Shown: piece by piece, positions 20,895-31,024 of the stretch
Layout of the letters: each line of letters opens with the position of its first letter
Position numbering within the stretch: position 1 is the stretch's first letter
From: an uncultured Bacilli bacterium
GTDB lineage: Bacteria > Bacillota_I > Bacilli_A > RF39 > UBA660
Assembly: GCA_944332635.1 (NCBI GenBank)
Contig: CALVKI010000010.1
Span: forward strand, 21,579 to 85,578
Length of the DNA: 64,000 nt
Reading direction: 5' to 3'
Notes under the pieces: model-generated
What the model saw: only the letters and a program-made list of their open reading frames with translations
Told to the model about the DNA's origin: nothing
Databases searched by the model: none
Translations under genes and position numbers: made by a program

Positions 20895-21962
20895 ATGATT
20901 GAGCGATTAGAAGCTACACTAGCAAAGTATAACTATTTACAAGAAGAACTAACAAAGACAGAAATTTTAAGCGACATAAAAAAAACAAGAGAATATTCTA
21001 AAGAGATAGCTTCCTTAGAAGATGTTGTGAATTGTTATAAAAGATATAAAAAAGTCTTAGAGGAAATAGAAAGTACAAAAGAAATGATAAAAGATCCAGA
21101 ATTAGGAGAAATGGCTAAAGAAGAACTTAAGGAATTAGAATCAGAAAAAGAAAAGTTAGATGGAGAATTGGAAGTTCTTTTGATTCCTAAAGACCCTAAT
21201 GACGATAAGAATGTTGTTATTGAAATTCGTGGTGCAGCTGGAGGGGATGAAGCAAATATATTTGCTGGAGATCTATTCAGAATGTATACAAGATATGCAG
21301 AAAAAAAAGGTTTTTCATATCAAGTATATAATTCAGTAGATGGTACAGCCGGAGGATTTAGTCAAATTGAATTTATTGTTAAAGGGAAAAATGCATATTC
21401 ATTATTAAAATATGAAAGTGGCTCTCATAGAGTACAAAGAGTTCCTGTGACAGAAGCTAACGGAAGACTTCAAACATCAACGGCAACAGTATTAGTAATG
21501 CCTGAAGCTGATGAAGATATAGAAATAGAAATTAATCCCAATGATTTAAGAATCGATATTTATCGTTCTAGTGGTTGTGGAGGCCAAGGAGTAAATACAA
21601 CTGACTCTGCTGTAAGAATTACTCACCTACCAACCAACACAGTGGTTACTTGTCAAAATGAAAGAAGTCAGATACAAAATAAAGAGCAAGCAATGAAAGT
21701 ATTAAAAACTAGACTTTATGAGATGCAATTAAGGGAGCAACAAGAAGCAGCTGGAGCAGAAAGAAGAAGCAAAATTGGTACGGGTGATCGTGCTGAAAAA
21801 ATTAGAACTTACAATTATCCACAAAATAGAGTAACTGATCATAGAATAGGGTTTACTACTAAAAACTTAGATAGAGTTATGGATGGAGATTTAGATGACG
21901 TTATTAATGCGTTGATTCAGGAAGATCAAAAGAGAAAATTGCAAGGAGAAACAGAAGCATAA
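20895..21962 (+). CDS. prfA: Peptide chain release factor 1
   Basis: Has the GGQ motif SGCGGQGVNTT and the RF1-type PxT region. Confidence 0.9.
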   Translation: MIERLEATLAKYNYLQEELTKTEILSDIKKTREYSKEIASLEDVVNCYKRYKKVLEEIESTKEMIKDPELGEMAKEELKELESEKEKLDGELEVLLIPKDPNDDKNVVIEIRGAAGGDEANIFAGDLFRMYTRYAEKKGFSYQVYNSVDGTAGGFSQIEFIVKGKNAYSLLKYESGSHRVQRVPVTEANGRLQTSTATVLVMPEADEDIEIEINPNDLRIDIYRSSGCGGQGVNTTDSAVRITHLPTNTVVTCQNERSQIQNKEQAMKVLKTRLYEMQLREQQEAAGAERRSKIGTGDRAEKIRTYNYPQNRVTDHRIGFTTKNLDRVMDGDLDDVINALIQEDQKRKLQGETEA

Positions 21963-22786
21963 TGACAGTAGAAGAGCTTCTGTTTTTTGCTAAACAGCAT
22001 ATTCATTCAGATCATGCTAAGATTTTAATTGCTGAACTTTTAGGATGTAACCCTCTAGAATTATTAAATCATTTAGACGAAATAGTAATAAATAACAAAG
22101 TAGAATTATTAAAAGAAGAAGTACTTGCAATCAAAAACAATAAACCTCTACAGTATGTATTAGGAAATGTTAATTTTTATGGAAATAAATTTTACATAGA
22201 TGAAAGAGTTCTGATACCAAGATTTGAGACAGAAGAGCTTGTGGAAAATACTATTATATATATTAAAGAGTTTTTCACAAGTCCTGTGGATATTATAGAT
22301 TTAGGATGTGGCAGTGGAGTAATTGGTTTGACTTTAGAAAAAAAAGTTTCCACAAAAACGGTGGATTTAATTGATATAAGCGGAGAAGCCTTAGAAGTAA
22401 CTAAGAAAAACTGTATAAAGTTAAAATCCACTGCAAACATCATTAAAAGTGATATGTTTGAAAATGTAAATAAAAAATATGATGTAATTATCAGTAATCC
22501 TCCATATATAAAAACAACAGAAGAAATAGAAGATATTGTTAAGGAAAATGAACCATCATTGGCCTTATATGCTGGAGAAGATGGAATGGACTGTTACAAA
22601 AAAATATTTAAAAACATAAAAGAACACATGAAAGAAAAATGTCTTGTAGCTTTTGAAATTGGTATGACACAAGCAGATGATATTCAAAAATTAGTAGATA
22701 AATATTTACCAGGTACAAAAACAAAAGTAAAAAAAGATATGTCAGAAAAAAACAGAATGTTTTTTATATTTTTTGGAATAAATTAA
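21962..22786 (+). CDS. prmC: Release factor glutamine N5-methyltransferase
   Basis: Has the NPPY motif VIISNPPYI and overlaps the prfA stop codon. Confidence 0.85.
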   Translation: MTVEELLFFAKQHIHSDHAKILIAELLGCNPLELLNHLDEIVINNKVELLKEEVLAIKNNKPLQYVLGNVNFYGNKFYIDERVLIPRFETEELVENTIIYIKEFFTSPVDIIDLGCGSGVIGLTLEKKVSTKTVDLIDISGEALEVTKKNCIKLKSTANIIKSDMFENVNKKYDVIISNPPYIKTTEEIEDIVKENEPSLALYAGEDGMDCYKKIFKNIKEHMKEKCLVAFEIGMTQADDIQKLVDKYLPGTKTKVKKDMSEKNRMFFIFFGIN

Positions 22787-22843
22787 AATTTATGAATAAA
22801 AAAAACTATTTTCTTTCACTATATAGATGAAAGGAAGATAGGA

Positions 22844-23362
22844 ATGAAAAAATTAATCATTATACTAGCAATAATCGTATCTATATTGGTCATAAATAAA
22901 GAAGAAAAAATAATAATACCAAAAGAATCAATCCGTTTTAGAGTGATTGCGAACAGTGATAGTGATAATGACCAAATTATAAAAAAGAAAGTAGTAAATA
23001 ATTTAAATGAAGAAATAAGAAAAATAACTACGTTAAATAACTCACTAACAAATTCTAGAAAAAATATAAAAGAAGAAATACCAACATTTGCAAATGTAGT
23101 AAAAAAAACTTTAGAAGAACAAGAGACTAATCAAACATTTACCATAGATTATGGAATGAATTATTTTCCTGAAAAACAATATAAAGGAATAGTTTATGAA
23201 GAAGGAGAATATGAATCATTAGTAATTACATTAGGAAATGGTTTAGGAGAAAATTTTTGGTGTGTATTATTTCCTCCGTTATGTCTATTGGATACAGAAG
23301 AGGAAGCAGAAAATGTAGAATATACATCTTTTGTAAAAGAATTAATAGACAAGTATTTTTAA
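22844..23362 (+). CDS. spoIIR: Stage II sporulation protein R
   Basis: Has the motifs IRFRVIANSDSDNDQ and WCVLFPPLC conserved in SpoIIR. It sits next to prmC, as in B. subtilis. Confidence 0.8.
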   Translation: MKKLIIILAIIVSILVINKEEKIIIPKESIRFRVIANSDSDNDQIIKKKVVNNLNEEIRKITTLNNSLTNSRKNIKEEIPTFANVVKKTLEEQETNQTFTIDYGMNYFPEKQYKGIVYEEGEYESLVITLGNGLGENFWCVLFPPLCLLDTEEEAENVEYTSFVKELIDKYF

Positions 23363-23396
23363 ATGGTAAAATAAATAAAATATATAAGGTGATATT

Positions 23397-23930
23397 ATGA
23401 ATGACAACTTTATATATTTTTTTATGGCTATAGGATTGAGTATGGATGCCTTTTCTTTGGCATTGGCATATGGGACTACAAAAATACCAATAAATAAAAA
23501 AATAATATTAAGTCTAACTGTAGGAATATTTCATTTTTTTATGCCTAAGATTGGGGGAATATTATCAACAGAACTGTTGTTGAATTATGTAGCTAAAGCC
23601 AATTATATAGTAGGAATAATATTTATAATTTTAGCTATAGAAATGTTTTTATCAAAAAATGATAAAAAAAAGGGAACAATAACTAATATAATATCGATTA
23701 TTATTTTTGCTTTTACGGTAAGTATTGATAGTTTCTCTGTAGGTATAGCATTATCATTGACAACTAAAAATATTAGTACTGCATGTTTTATTTTTGCGAG
23801 TGTAAGTACAATATTTACATTTTTAGGAGTAGAATTAGGAAATAAGATTGCCCAAAAGTTTGAAAGTAAAGCCGAATATATAGGAATTATAATTTTATTA
23901 CTATTAGGAATAAAATATTTTTTGTTTTAA
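23397..23930 (+). CDS. DUF204 membrane protein (MntP manganese efflux pump / YtaF-like)
   Basis: Begins FFMAIGLSMDAFSLALAYG and has six predicted TM helices. Confidence 0.7.
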   Translation: MNDNFIYFFMAIGLSMDAFSLALAYGTTKIPINKKIILSLTVGIFHFFMPKIGGILSTELLLNYVAKANYIVGIIFIILAIEMFLSKNDKKKGTITNIISIIIFAFTVSIDSFSVGIALSLTTKNISTACFIFASVSTIFTFLGVELGNKIAQKFESKAEYIGIIILLLLGIKYFLF

Positions 23931-23983
23931 AACTATAAAAAATATGATAACATAAACATATAAACAATCAGAAGGAGTGACCT

Positions 23984-24571
23984 ATGAATAAACTAGAAGC
24001 GGAAATTATATATAATAATGCAAAAGAAAATAGTATTGGAGGAGAAAAAAAATCCCCAGCAAAAAGATATAAAATAAATGTTCCTTTATCTGTTACAACA
24101 GCAACATTAATAAGCATAATCACAATTGCTGGTTGTATTGCAATTAATAATGATAAACAAACAAACCCTACAGATATACAACAAGAAATTAGTTATCTAA
24201 CCGAAATTGATGGATACAGTATAAGTGACTTAAGCATTTATCAAAATTTAAGGGTATATGATTTATTGGATAAAAATGGTTTTACTGATTACGAAGGTAG
24301 TGGATATAATAGGACATATAATTATACAAAAGAAGATTTTCAAAAGTTAAAAGGAATAGACGAAAATTATTTATATGGATTTTACTGTGCAACATCAGAG
24401 GATAATTTTAAGGATATATTAAGTGTAATAGGATATGATTCACTTGACAGTTATTTAATACATAGAAATTATGTGGATAATCAAGGCAATCCTAGCATAG
24501 AAGCTTGGAATAATTCAACTATGCAAGAAATGGCCAATCTATTAAAATCAGAAAAGGGGAAAGTAAAATAA
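23984..24571 (+). CDS. Hypothetical membrane-anchored protein
   Basis: 195 aa with a single TM helix around residues 40-60. Its stop overlaps the downstream start. Confidence 0.4.
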   Translation: MNKLEAEIIYNNAKENSIGGEKKSPAKRYKINVPLSVTTATLISIITIAGCIAINNDKQTNPTDIQQEISYLTEIDGYSISDLSIYQNLRVYDLLDKNGFTDYEGSGYNRTYNYTKEDFQKLKGIDENYLYGFYCATSEDNFKDILSVIGYDSLDSYLIHRNYVDNQGNPSIEAWNNSTMQEMANLLKSEKGKVK

Positions 24572-24804
24572 TGGAACAAGAAATGGTAGTACTGGAAAAT
24601 GGAAAAAAATGTATAATAATAGCTGAAATTTTCTCCGATAATACTAAATATATATATCTAACTAACATAGAAAACAGTAAAGACTATACAATTAGAAAAG
24701 AAGAAAACGATAGTTTAGTTGGGTTAGATAATGAAAAAGAATTTTTAAAGGCAATGAATTTATTAATAAAAAAAACATTAACAGAAGAAAAATTACAAAA
24801 TTAA
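24571..24804 (+). CDS. DUF1292 family protein
   Basis: 77 aa containing VVLENGKKCIIIAEIFSDNTKYIYLTNIE, typical of DUF1292. Confidence 0.55.
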   Translation: MEQEMVVLENGKKCIIIAEIFSDNTKYIYLTNIENSKDYTIRKEENDSLVGLDNEKEFLKAMNLLIKKTLTEEKLQN

Positions 24805-24817
24805 GGAGAATAATAAT

Positions 24818-26743
24818 ATGAATAAGATAAATGTAGATATTAAAGTAAATAACATTGATATGAAAAATTTGTTTAATTCAAAAGTTATTGAAATAAATGA
24901 TAATTTAAATTTATCTAATAATTCTTCGATAATATCAAGTAAATCTATTAATTCTAATGTAATTGAAACATTGGATATATATGAAAATAACAATAAGATA
25001 GAAGACTTAAAAATAACGGATAATGAACAAGAAAATTCTCAAACAAAAAAATATTCTCCTAATTCATATTCAGATAAAGACAATATATATATAAACAAAC
25101 TCTCAGATATAATGACATGTGTAAAAAATGATTTAGGAGAAGAAAATTATAAAATATATACAAAATATTTAGAAGGAAAAAAAATATCAGAAATTTGTAC
25201 TAATGATGATAAATTAAGTTTAATTACTGATGAATTAATAATAACCAAGATTTTAAAAGAAATGCAAATTGATAAAGATGCTCATCAAGTGATGAAAGAA
25301 ATAAATCAAGTGTTACAAAATAGTTCTTTTGATGGAAGTACCTTGAGTACAGAAATGAAAAATTCCACAATTATAGAGGTAGAAAGTACTGATAGTGGAT
25401 ATGATGCTTTTGTATTAAAAAATTCAGTAGATAATTATGTAATTGTTAATTCATGTACAAATGGTAATACTGCAGAGGATATTGCTACTATTGTTTATAT
25501 ATTATCGTTACAACTAGTAGGTGATGAAGAATTAATATCCTTGGCGATAAACAATATTTTACCAACTATAAAAAATAACAATATAGAAAGTGCTGATTTT
25601 GCCAGTATTTTAATAAACGGAGGCACAGATTATTTAAAAGAAAAAAGTCAAGGCCAATTACAAGATAATAAAAAATTAATAGAAAAATATGCAATAAAAG
25701 CTCAAGAAGAAGGAACAAAGATAGAATTAAATGGTTATTCGTTAGGTGGGGGCATTCAATTAGCAGCATATAGTCAGATATGTATTGAAAATCCAAATAT
25801 AGAAAATATAATAGAATCTGTTTCAGTATTTAATCCTTTTATATCTTTTGTAGAACAACAGAAAAGAAATACAGGATTTTTAAAAAAAATATTTGATAAC
25901 AATCTTAAAGAACCTAATCTAATTGAATATTTAGCATCATCAGAAAAATTAACAATATATGCATGTCAAGAGGATATGGTATCAACCTTTAATACAAGTA
26001 TAGAAGAATTGAAAGATAAGTTTGTTTTTTTGAATGCAAAAGATATTGAAGAAGGAACTGTTCAAGACATAACACAATTAACTAAGATTGTTTTAGGAGA
26101 GGAAAGTAATCACGACTTTAGTGCTATAAATCAAGAATATTTTAATGAAACTGGGAATATTATAAAAGCTGGTGAATATATTCCAATTACTGAAACTGTG
26201 GCAGATGCAACAAATCAACAAACTATTTTAACAAATATGGCAAAGCCAGTAAATAAAAAAATATATGATACAAACTACGAATATTTATCTAAGGAAATAT
26301 TATCATTAGCAGGAATAACTGATGGGATACAAAATATAGATCCTAGTGCTAAATTAATAGCAATGGAAGTAATGAATTATATAGAAAATAATATAGGAAA
26401 TATAAGTTATGCCGGGTTAGCAGACAGTATAACTAATGGATGTTGGTATGCAATTAAAGATAAAATTAATAATGAATGGTACAGTTTTTTAGGTACTTTT
26501 GCTAATGAAAATACATTTAAAGAGTCGATGAATCAATGGTTGAATGAAGAAGGAACTAAGGAAAGAATAATAGAGATAATAAGTAATTTACAAGCAAATA
26601 ATAATGAAGCTGCAAAAGAAGGCATTCAAGAATTGATAAATAAATTAGATGAAACATATTCCAATAAAATATGGGGAATAGACTTGGTGAATAATACTAT
26701 AAAAAATGAATTTATCAATCAACTAAAAAATATGTTTATATAA
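24818..26743 (+). CDS. Large alpha/beta-hydrolase-like protein (DUF2974/Mbeg1-like lipase-type nucleophile elbow GYSLGG)
   Basis: 641 aa with a GxSxG elbow in ELNGYSLGGGIQLAAY, no signal peptide, and long N- and C-terminal extensions. Confidence 0.45.
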   Translation: MNKINVDIKVNNIDMKNLFNSKVIEINDNLNLSNNSSIISSKSINSNVIETLDIYENNNKIEDLKITDNEQENSQTKKYSPNSYSDKDNIYINKLSDIMTCVKNDLGEENYKIYTKYLEGKKISEICTNDDKLSLITDELIITKILKEMQIDKDAHQVMKEINQVLQNSSFDGSTLSTEMKNSTIIEVESTDSGYDAFVLKNSVDNYVIVNSCTNGNTAEDIATIVYILSLQLVGDEELISLAINNILPTIKNNNIESADFASILINGGTDYLKEKSQGQLQDNKKLIEKYAIKAQEEGTKIELNGYSLGGGIQLAAYSQICIENPNIENIIESVSVFNPFISFVEQQKRNTGFLKKIFDNNLKEPNLIEYLASSEKLTIYACQEDMVSTFNTSIEELKDKFVFLNAKDIEEGTVQDITQLTKIVLGEESNHDFSAINQEYFNETGNIIKAGEYIPITETVADATNQQTILTNMAKPVNKKIYDTNYEYLSKEILSLAGITDGIQNIDPSAKLIAMEVMNYIENNIGNISYAGLADSITNGCWYAIKDKINNEWYSFLGTFANENTFKESMNQWLNEEGTKERIIEIISNLQANNNEAAKEGIQELINKLDETYSNKIWGIDLVNNTIKNEFINQLKNMFI

Positions 26744-26747
26744 TCTT

Positions 26748-26790
26748 AAAAAGAAAGATTAATAGAATTTTTATCTTTCTTTTTCTTTTG
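26748..26790 (+). terminator. Rho-independent terminator
   Basis: 12-bp stem AAAAAGAAAGAT / ATCTTTCTTTTT followed by a T-rich tail. Confidence 0.5.
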
Positions 26791-26837
26791 ACAAACAATA
26801 GAATATTGCTTATGATATATATGAAAGGTGGCACATT

Positions 26838-27683
26838 ATGTTAGTAAATTTTAATGAAATGTTAATAAAAGCAAAAAAGGGAAAATATGCAATTCCACAT
26901 TTTAATATAAATAATTTGGAATGGACAAAATATATTTTAGAGAAATGTAATGAGTTACAAATTCCTGTAATATTAGGAGTTAGTGAAGGAGCAGCAAAAT
27001 ATATGGGAGGATTTGATTCAATTACTGGTATGGTAAAAGGTTTACTAAAAGATTTAAATATATCAATTCCTGTATGTTTGCATATAGATCATGGGAGCAA
27101 TAAAGAAATATGTAAAAAAGCAATAGACGCTGGTTTCACTTCAGTAATGATTGATGCATCACATCATGAATTAGAAGAAAATATAAGAATTACTAAGGAA
27201 GTTGTTGAATACGCACATAAAAAAGGAGTAAGTGTAGAAGCAGAGGTAGGACATATTGGTGGAACAGAAGATAATGTTGTTTCAAGCACCACTAATGCCA
27301 CATTAGAAGACTGTATAACTATGTATGAAAATACAGGAATAGATGCTTTAGCTCCTGCACTAGGAAGTGTCCATGGATTTTATAAAGGAGAGCCTAATTT
27401 GGATTTTAATACTATGGAAATTATTAATAAAAATTTAGCAATCCCTTTAGTATTACATGGTGGCACTGGAATTCCTGAAGATAAGATTAAAAAAGCGATA
27501 TCTTGTGGAATCTCAAAGATAAATATTAATACAGATTTACAATCAGTATGGAGTAAAGCTGTAAGGCATTTTTTGGAAACAAACAAAGAAGTTTATGATC
27601 CAAGAAAAATTATTGGAAGTGGAGAATTAGCTATAAAGAATCGCATTGAGGAAATAGTAACCCTATTTGGTACAAAACGATAA
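26838..27683 (+). CDS. fba: Class II fructose-bisphosphate aldolase
   Basis: Has FBA_II/TBP-aldolase motifs [13 protein letters not shown] and CLHIDHG. Confidence 0.85.
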   Translation: MLVNFNEMLIKAKKGKYAIPHFNINNLEWTKYILEKCNELQIPVILGVSEGAAKYMGGFDSITGMVKGLLKDLNISIPVCLHIDHGSNKEICKKAIDAGFTSVMIDASHHELEENIRITKEVVEYAHKKGVSVEAEVGHIGGTEDNVVSSTTNATLEDCITMYENTGIDALAPALGSVHGFYKGEPNLDFNTMEIINKNLAIPLVLHGGTGIPEDKIKKAISCGISKININTDLQSVWSKAVRHFLETNKEVYDPRKIIGSGELAIKNRIEEIVTLFGTKR

Positions 27684-27712
27684 AATATAGTAAAACAACA
27701 AGGAGGTAAAAA

Positions 27713-28966
27713 ATGAAAATAATGGAGATAGAGGGCAACAGAGAATTAAATGGAACAATACGAATTAGTGGAGCTAAAAATGCAACTGTTGCATTAATAC
27801 CAGCTGCAATTTTAACTGATGAGGAAGCTACTATCTGTAATATTCCAGAAATTACGGATACAGAAGCATTATGTGATATATTAAATGAGTTAAACGTAGA
27901 TGTAAAAAGAGCAAGTGAAAGTATAGTAATAAATCCTCAAAACATGAAAAATGTAGAAATAGAAGAAAAATTTTCAAAAAAATTACGTGCATCATATTAT
28001 TTTATGGGGGCATTACTAGGTAAATACAAGAAAGCGGTAATGTATTTTCCTGGTGGTTGCTCTATAGGCGCAAGACCCATCGATTTACATCTAAAAGGGT
28101 TTGAGGCATTGGGTGCAACAGTAAAAAATGAAAAAAATAAATATATTGTAGAAGCAAAAGAACTTCATGGAGCTAATATTTATTTAGATATTGCATCCGT
28201 TGGTGCAACAATAAATATTATCTTAGCAGCAGTAAAAGCTAAAGGAATAACAGTAATCGATAATGCTGCAAAAGAACCAGAAATAGTCAATGTTGCTACA
28301 TTTTTAAATAACATGGGAGCACGCATCAGTGGGGCAGGAACATCAACTATTAAGATTGAAGGAGTAGAAAAGTTACATAAGTGTTTTCATGAAGTAATAC
28401 CAGATAGAATAGAAGCAGGAACTTATATTATTATTGGAGCTTTGTGTGGAAAAAATCTAAAAATAGATAATATAATACCAGAACATCTAGACTCACTGCT
28501 TTCAAAATTAGAAGAAATTGGTACAGAATTAGAAGTAGGAACAGACTATGTGATGATTTCTAAATCGGATGATTATAAGTCAACTACAATAAAAACATTA
28601 GTATATCCTGGTTTTCCAACAGACTTACAACAACCATTTACAGTTTTACTAACTCAATGTAATGGCAAATCAAAAGTGACAGAGACCATCTGGGAAAACC
28701 GTTTTATGCATATCCCCTATTTAAAAGATTTAGGTGCAGATGTTACAGTAAAAAATCAAACTGCAACAATTATTGGACCAACTAAGTTGACAGGAACCTC
28801 AGTAGTTGCAACCGATTTACGCGCCGGTGCGGCTATGGTAGCAGCTGGACTACTGGCTGAGGGAACTACTACAATAACTAATGTAGAACATATATTAAGA
28901 GGATACGAACAAATAATAGAAAAATTAACCAGTGTTGGTGCTAAAATAACCATACGAGAAATATAA
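27713..28966 (+). CDS. murA: UDP-N-acetylglucosamine 1-carboxyvinyltransferase
   Basis: 417 aa of the EPSP-synthase fold beginning MKIMEIEGNRELNGTIRISGAKNA. It is downstream of fba, as in the Bacillus fbaA-murAB arrangement. Confidence 0.9.
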   Translation: MKIMEIEGNRELNGTIRISGAKNATVALIPAAILTDEEATICNIPEITDTEALCDILNELNVDVKRASESIVINPQNMKNVEIEEKFSKKLRASYYFMGALLGKYKKAVMYFPGGCSIGARPIDLHLKGFEALGATVKNEKNKYIVEAKELHGANIYLDIASVGATINIILAAVKAKGITVIDNAAKEPEIVNVATFLNNMGARISGAGTSTIKIEGVEKLHKCFHEVIPDRIEAGTYIIIGALCGKNLKIDNIIPEHLDSLLSKLEEIGTELEVGTDYVMISKSDDYKSTTIKTLVYPGFPTDLQQPFTVLLTQCNGKSKVTETIWENRFMHIPYLKDLGADVTVKNQTATIIGPTKLTGTSVVATDLRAGAAMVAAGLLAEGTTTITNVEHILRGYEQIIEKLTSVGAKITIREI

Positions 28967-28967
28967 T

Positions 28968-28990
28968 GAAATAGTTATATTTCTTTTTTT
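28968..28990 (+). terminator. Rho-independent terminator of fba-murA
   Basis: Stem GAAATA / TATTTC followed by TTTTTTT. Confidence 0.6.
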
Positions 28991-29001
28991 ATGGAGGTAT
29001 T

Positions 29002-29742
29002 ATGATAAAAAAACATTATAAGTTGATTATATTTTTACTAATAATTCTTTTGATTTTTTTAATTTATAAAACAAATCATAATAATTATATTAACTATACA
29101 TCATTAGGCGATGGTTATGCATTAGGAATAAATTCTTATGGAAACGAAGATTATGGATATAGTGATTTTATTAAAGATGAATTACAAAAAGAAAGTAAAT
29201 TAAATATTTATACAAAAAAATTTGCTGAAAAAGACCAATCAATTAACCATTTATACGAAAAGATAGTAACTAATGAAAGAATTAATGTAGGTAAAGCAGA
29301 AAAAAATATAAAGCAAACATTAAGAGAATCAGATTTAATTACTATGACAATTGGTTTAAACGATCTTATTTATCAAATATCTATTACTCCTAATATGAAC
29401 GATTATAAACTTAAAGGAATAATTAATGAATTACAAAAGGATATAAAAATTTTGATAAAAGAAATAAAAGCTTATTATCCAAAACAAATATTAATAATAG
29501 GTTATCCTGAAATACCAATAAAAAACGACTATATAAAAAAAGGAATCAAAATGTTGAATAAAATATATAAAAATCAAGATGATATTATATACATTTCAAC
29601 TGAAGATATAATTAATAATAAAGATTTCCTATATTCAGAAAGTTTTTATTTATCGAAAGAAGGATATAAAAAAATTGCAGATAAAGTAATAAAAAACTTG
29701 AAAAAAAAAAATATATATGATACACTAATAACGCTAATTTAA
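29002..29742 (+). CDS. SGNH/GDSL-like hydrolase family protein, membrane anchored
   Basis: Has an N-terminal TM helix and a block III-like GLND motif. The block I Ser is in SLGDG. The canonical C-terminal DxxH is not evident. Confidence 0.45.
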   Translation: MIKKHYKLIIFLLIILLIFLIYKTNHNNYINYTSLGDGYALGINSYGNEDYGYSDFIKDELQKESKLNIYTKKFAEKDQSINHLYEKIVTNERINVGKAEKNIKQTLRESDLITMTIGLNDLIYQISITPNMNDYKLKGIINELQKDIKILIKEIKAYYPKQILIIGYPEIPIKNDYIKKGIKMLNKIYKNQDDIIYISTEDIINNKDFLYSESFYLSKEGYKKIADKVIKNLKKKNIYDTLITLI

Positions 29743-29783
29743 TTACTATGATTTTTTAAAATCATGGCGGAAGGAGAGATAGT

Positions 29784-30002
29784 ATGAAAAAAGGAATACA
29801 TCCAGAAGTAAAAGAATGTACAGTAACATGTGCGTGTGGAGAAACATTTACTTGCAAGTCAACTAAAAATAATATCAATGTTGAAGTGTGCTCTAAATGC
29901 CATCCATTTTATACAGGAAAACAAGGTAGAGCATCTCGTGCTGGACGTGTTGACAAATTTAATAAAAAATATGGATTTGATAAACAAGAAACTGCTGAGT
30001 AA
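29784..30002 (+). CDS. rpmE: 50S ribosomal protein L31 (type A, zinc-binding)
   Basis: Has the Zn-ribbon motifs CACGETFTC and [12 protein letters not shown]. Confidence 0.9.
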   Translation: MKKGIHPEVKECTVTCACGETFTCKSTKNNINVEVCSKCHPFYTGKQGRASRAGRVDKFNKKYGFDKQETAE

Positions 30003-30014
30003 TAGCAGTTTTTA
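29991..30014 (+). terminator. Rho-independent terminator of rpmE
   Basis: Stem ACTGCT / AGCAGT overlapping the stop codon, followed by TTTTT. Confidence 0.55.
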
Positions 30015-30335
30015 ATTTCATTAAAATCTTCTATGACAAAAAGTTAAATACAAATTCATCAATCAAATGAATAAGTTTACATAAAATATAAAAAGCGCAA
30101 TCCAAAACTAATAAAAAGAAATAATAATATAATAAAATAAATGAAAAAAAATTAAAGAAGTGATATAATAAAATCAATAAATTATAATTATAAAACAATA
30201 TTCAACTAATATTAAATATTAAAAGATAAAATGAATAAAAGAGTTTAAAATTTTGAAAAATAATTATTAAAATTAGTAAATAACTAGAAAATTAAGATTT
30301 TAATGAGAAAACATAAAAAGAAAGAAGGAATTTAT

Positions 30336-30782
30336 ATGATAAAAATAGGAATAGCGAGTGATCATAGAGGCTATGTTTTGAAGCAACAAATTATAGATAG
30401 ATTAATAAATCAATATGATATTACAGATTGTGGAACCACATCTATGGAATCTGTAGATTATCCAGATTATGCTTTTAAACTTGGAAATTTAGTAGCAAAA
30501 AAGGAAGTAGATTTTGGAATAGCAATTTGTGGAACCGGAATAGGAATTAGTATAGCTTGTAATAAAGTAAGAGGGATACGTTGTGCCAAGGTAGATACTT
30601 TAGAAGAAGCAATCGCTACAAGAAATGATAATGATTCAAATATTATAGCCTTTGGAGAAAATACACCACTAGATAAGGCGATAAAACTAATAACTACATT
30701 TGTAAAGACTAAATCATCAACTGATGCAAAACATGTACGTCGAAGAAACAAAATTGCAGAATATGAGGCAGAAAAATGCTAG
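30336..30782 (+). CDS. rpiB: Ribose-5-phosphate isomerase B (RpiB/LacA/LacB family)
   Basis: Begins MIKIGIASDHRGY and has GICGTGIGISIA. The ATG at 30336 has an RBS AAGGA. The ORF-track start at 30303 is upstream of that RBS. Confidence 0.8.
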   Translation: MIKIGIASDHRGYVLKQQIIDRLINQYDITDCGTTSMESVDYPDYAFKLGNLVAKKEVDFGIAICGTGIGISIACNKVRGIRCAKVDTLEEAIATRNDNDSNIIAFGENTPLDKAIKLITTFVKTKSSTDAKHVRRRNKIAEYEAEKC

Positions 30783-30973
30783 GTAAATTATTATTATATA
30801 CATTTGTAACAATAATTGTTATTTGGTCAATGGATGCAGTAAATATTAACCAAATATTCAAAAAAAATCATATAATTCAAGCAAGAGTATTTTATTTTTT
30901 ATTAGGTGTTTCAATTATTTATTTAGTTACTAATTTTTTGATGGATTTATTTATTTCTTCAAAATTATTTTAA
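30776..30973 (+). CDS. Small hydrophobic protein (65 aa), hypothetical
   Basis: Overlaps the rpiB stop and has two predicted TM helices. No homology was recognised. Confidence 0.25.
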   Translation: MLGKLLLYTFVTIIVIWSMDAVNINQIFKKNHIIQARVFYFLLGVSIIYLVTNFLMDLFISSKLF

Positions 30974-31024
30974 AATAAGTATAATTCTTTTTTTTTTGTC
31001 AAAACTTATAATGAGGTGAAAAAA

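Noticed and set aside
29830-30015. 61-aa ORF in an alternate frame of rpmE
   Set aside because: It overlaps the L31 coding sequence completely, and L31 has unmistakable Zn-ribbon motifs.
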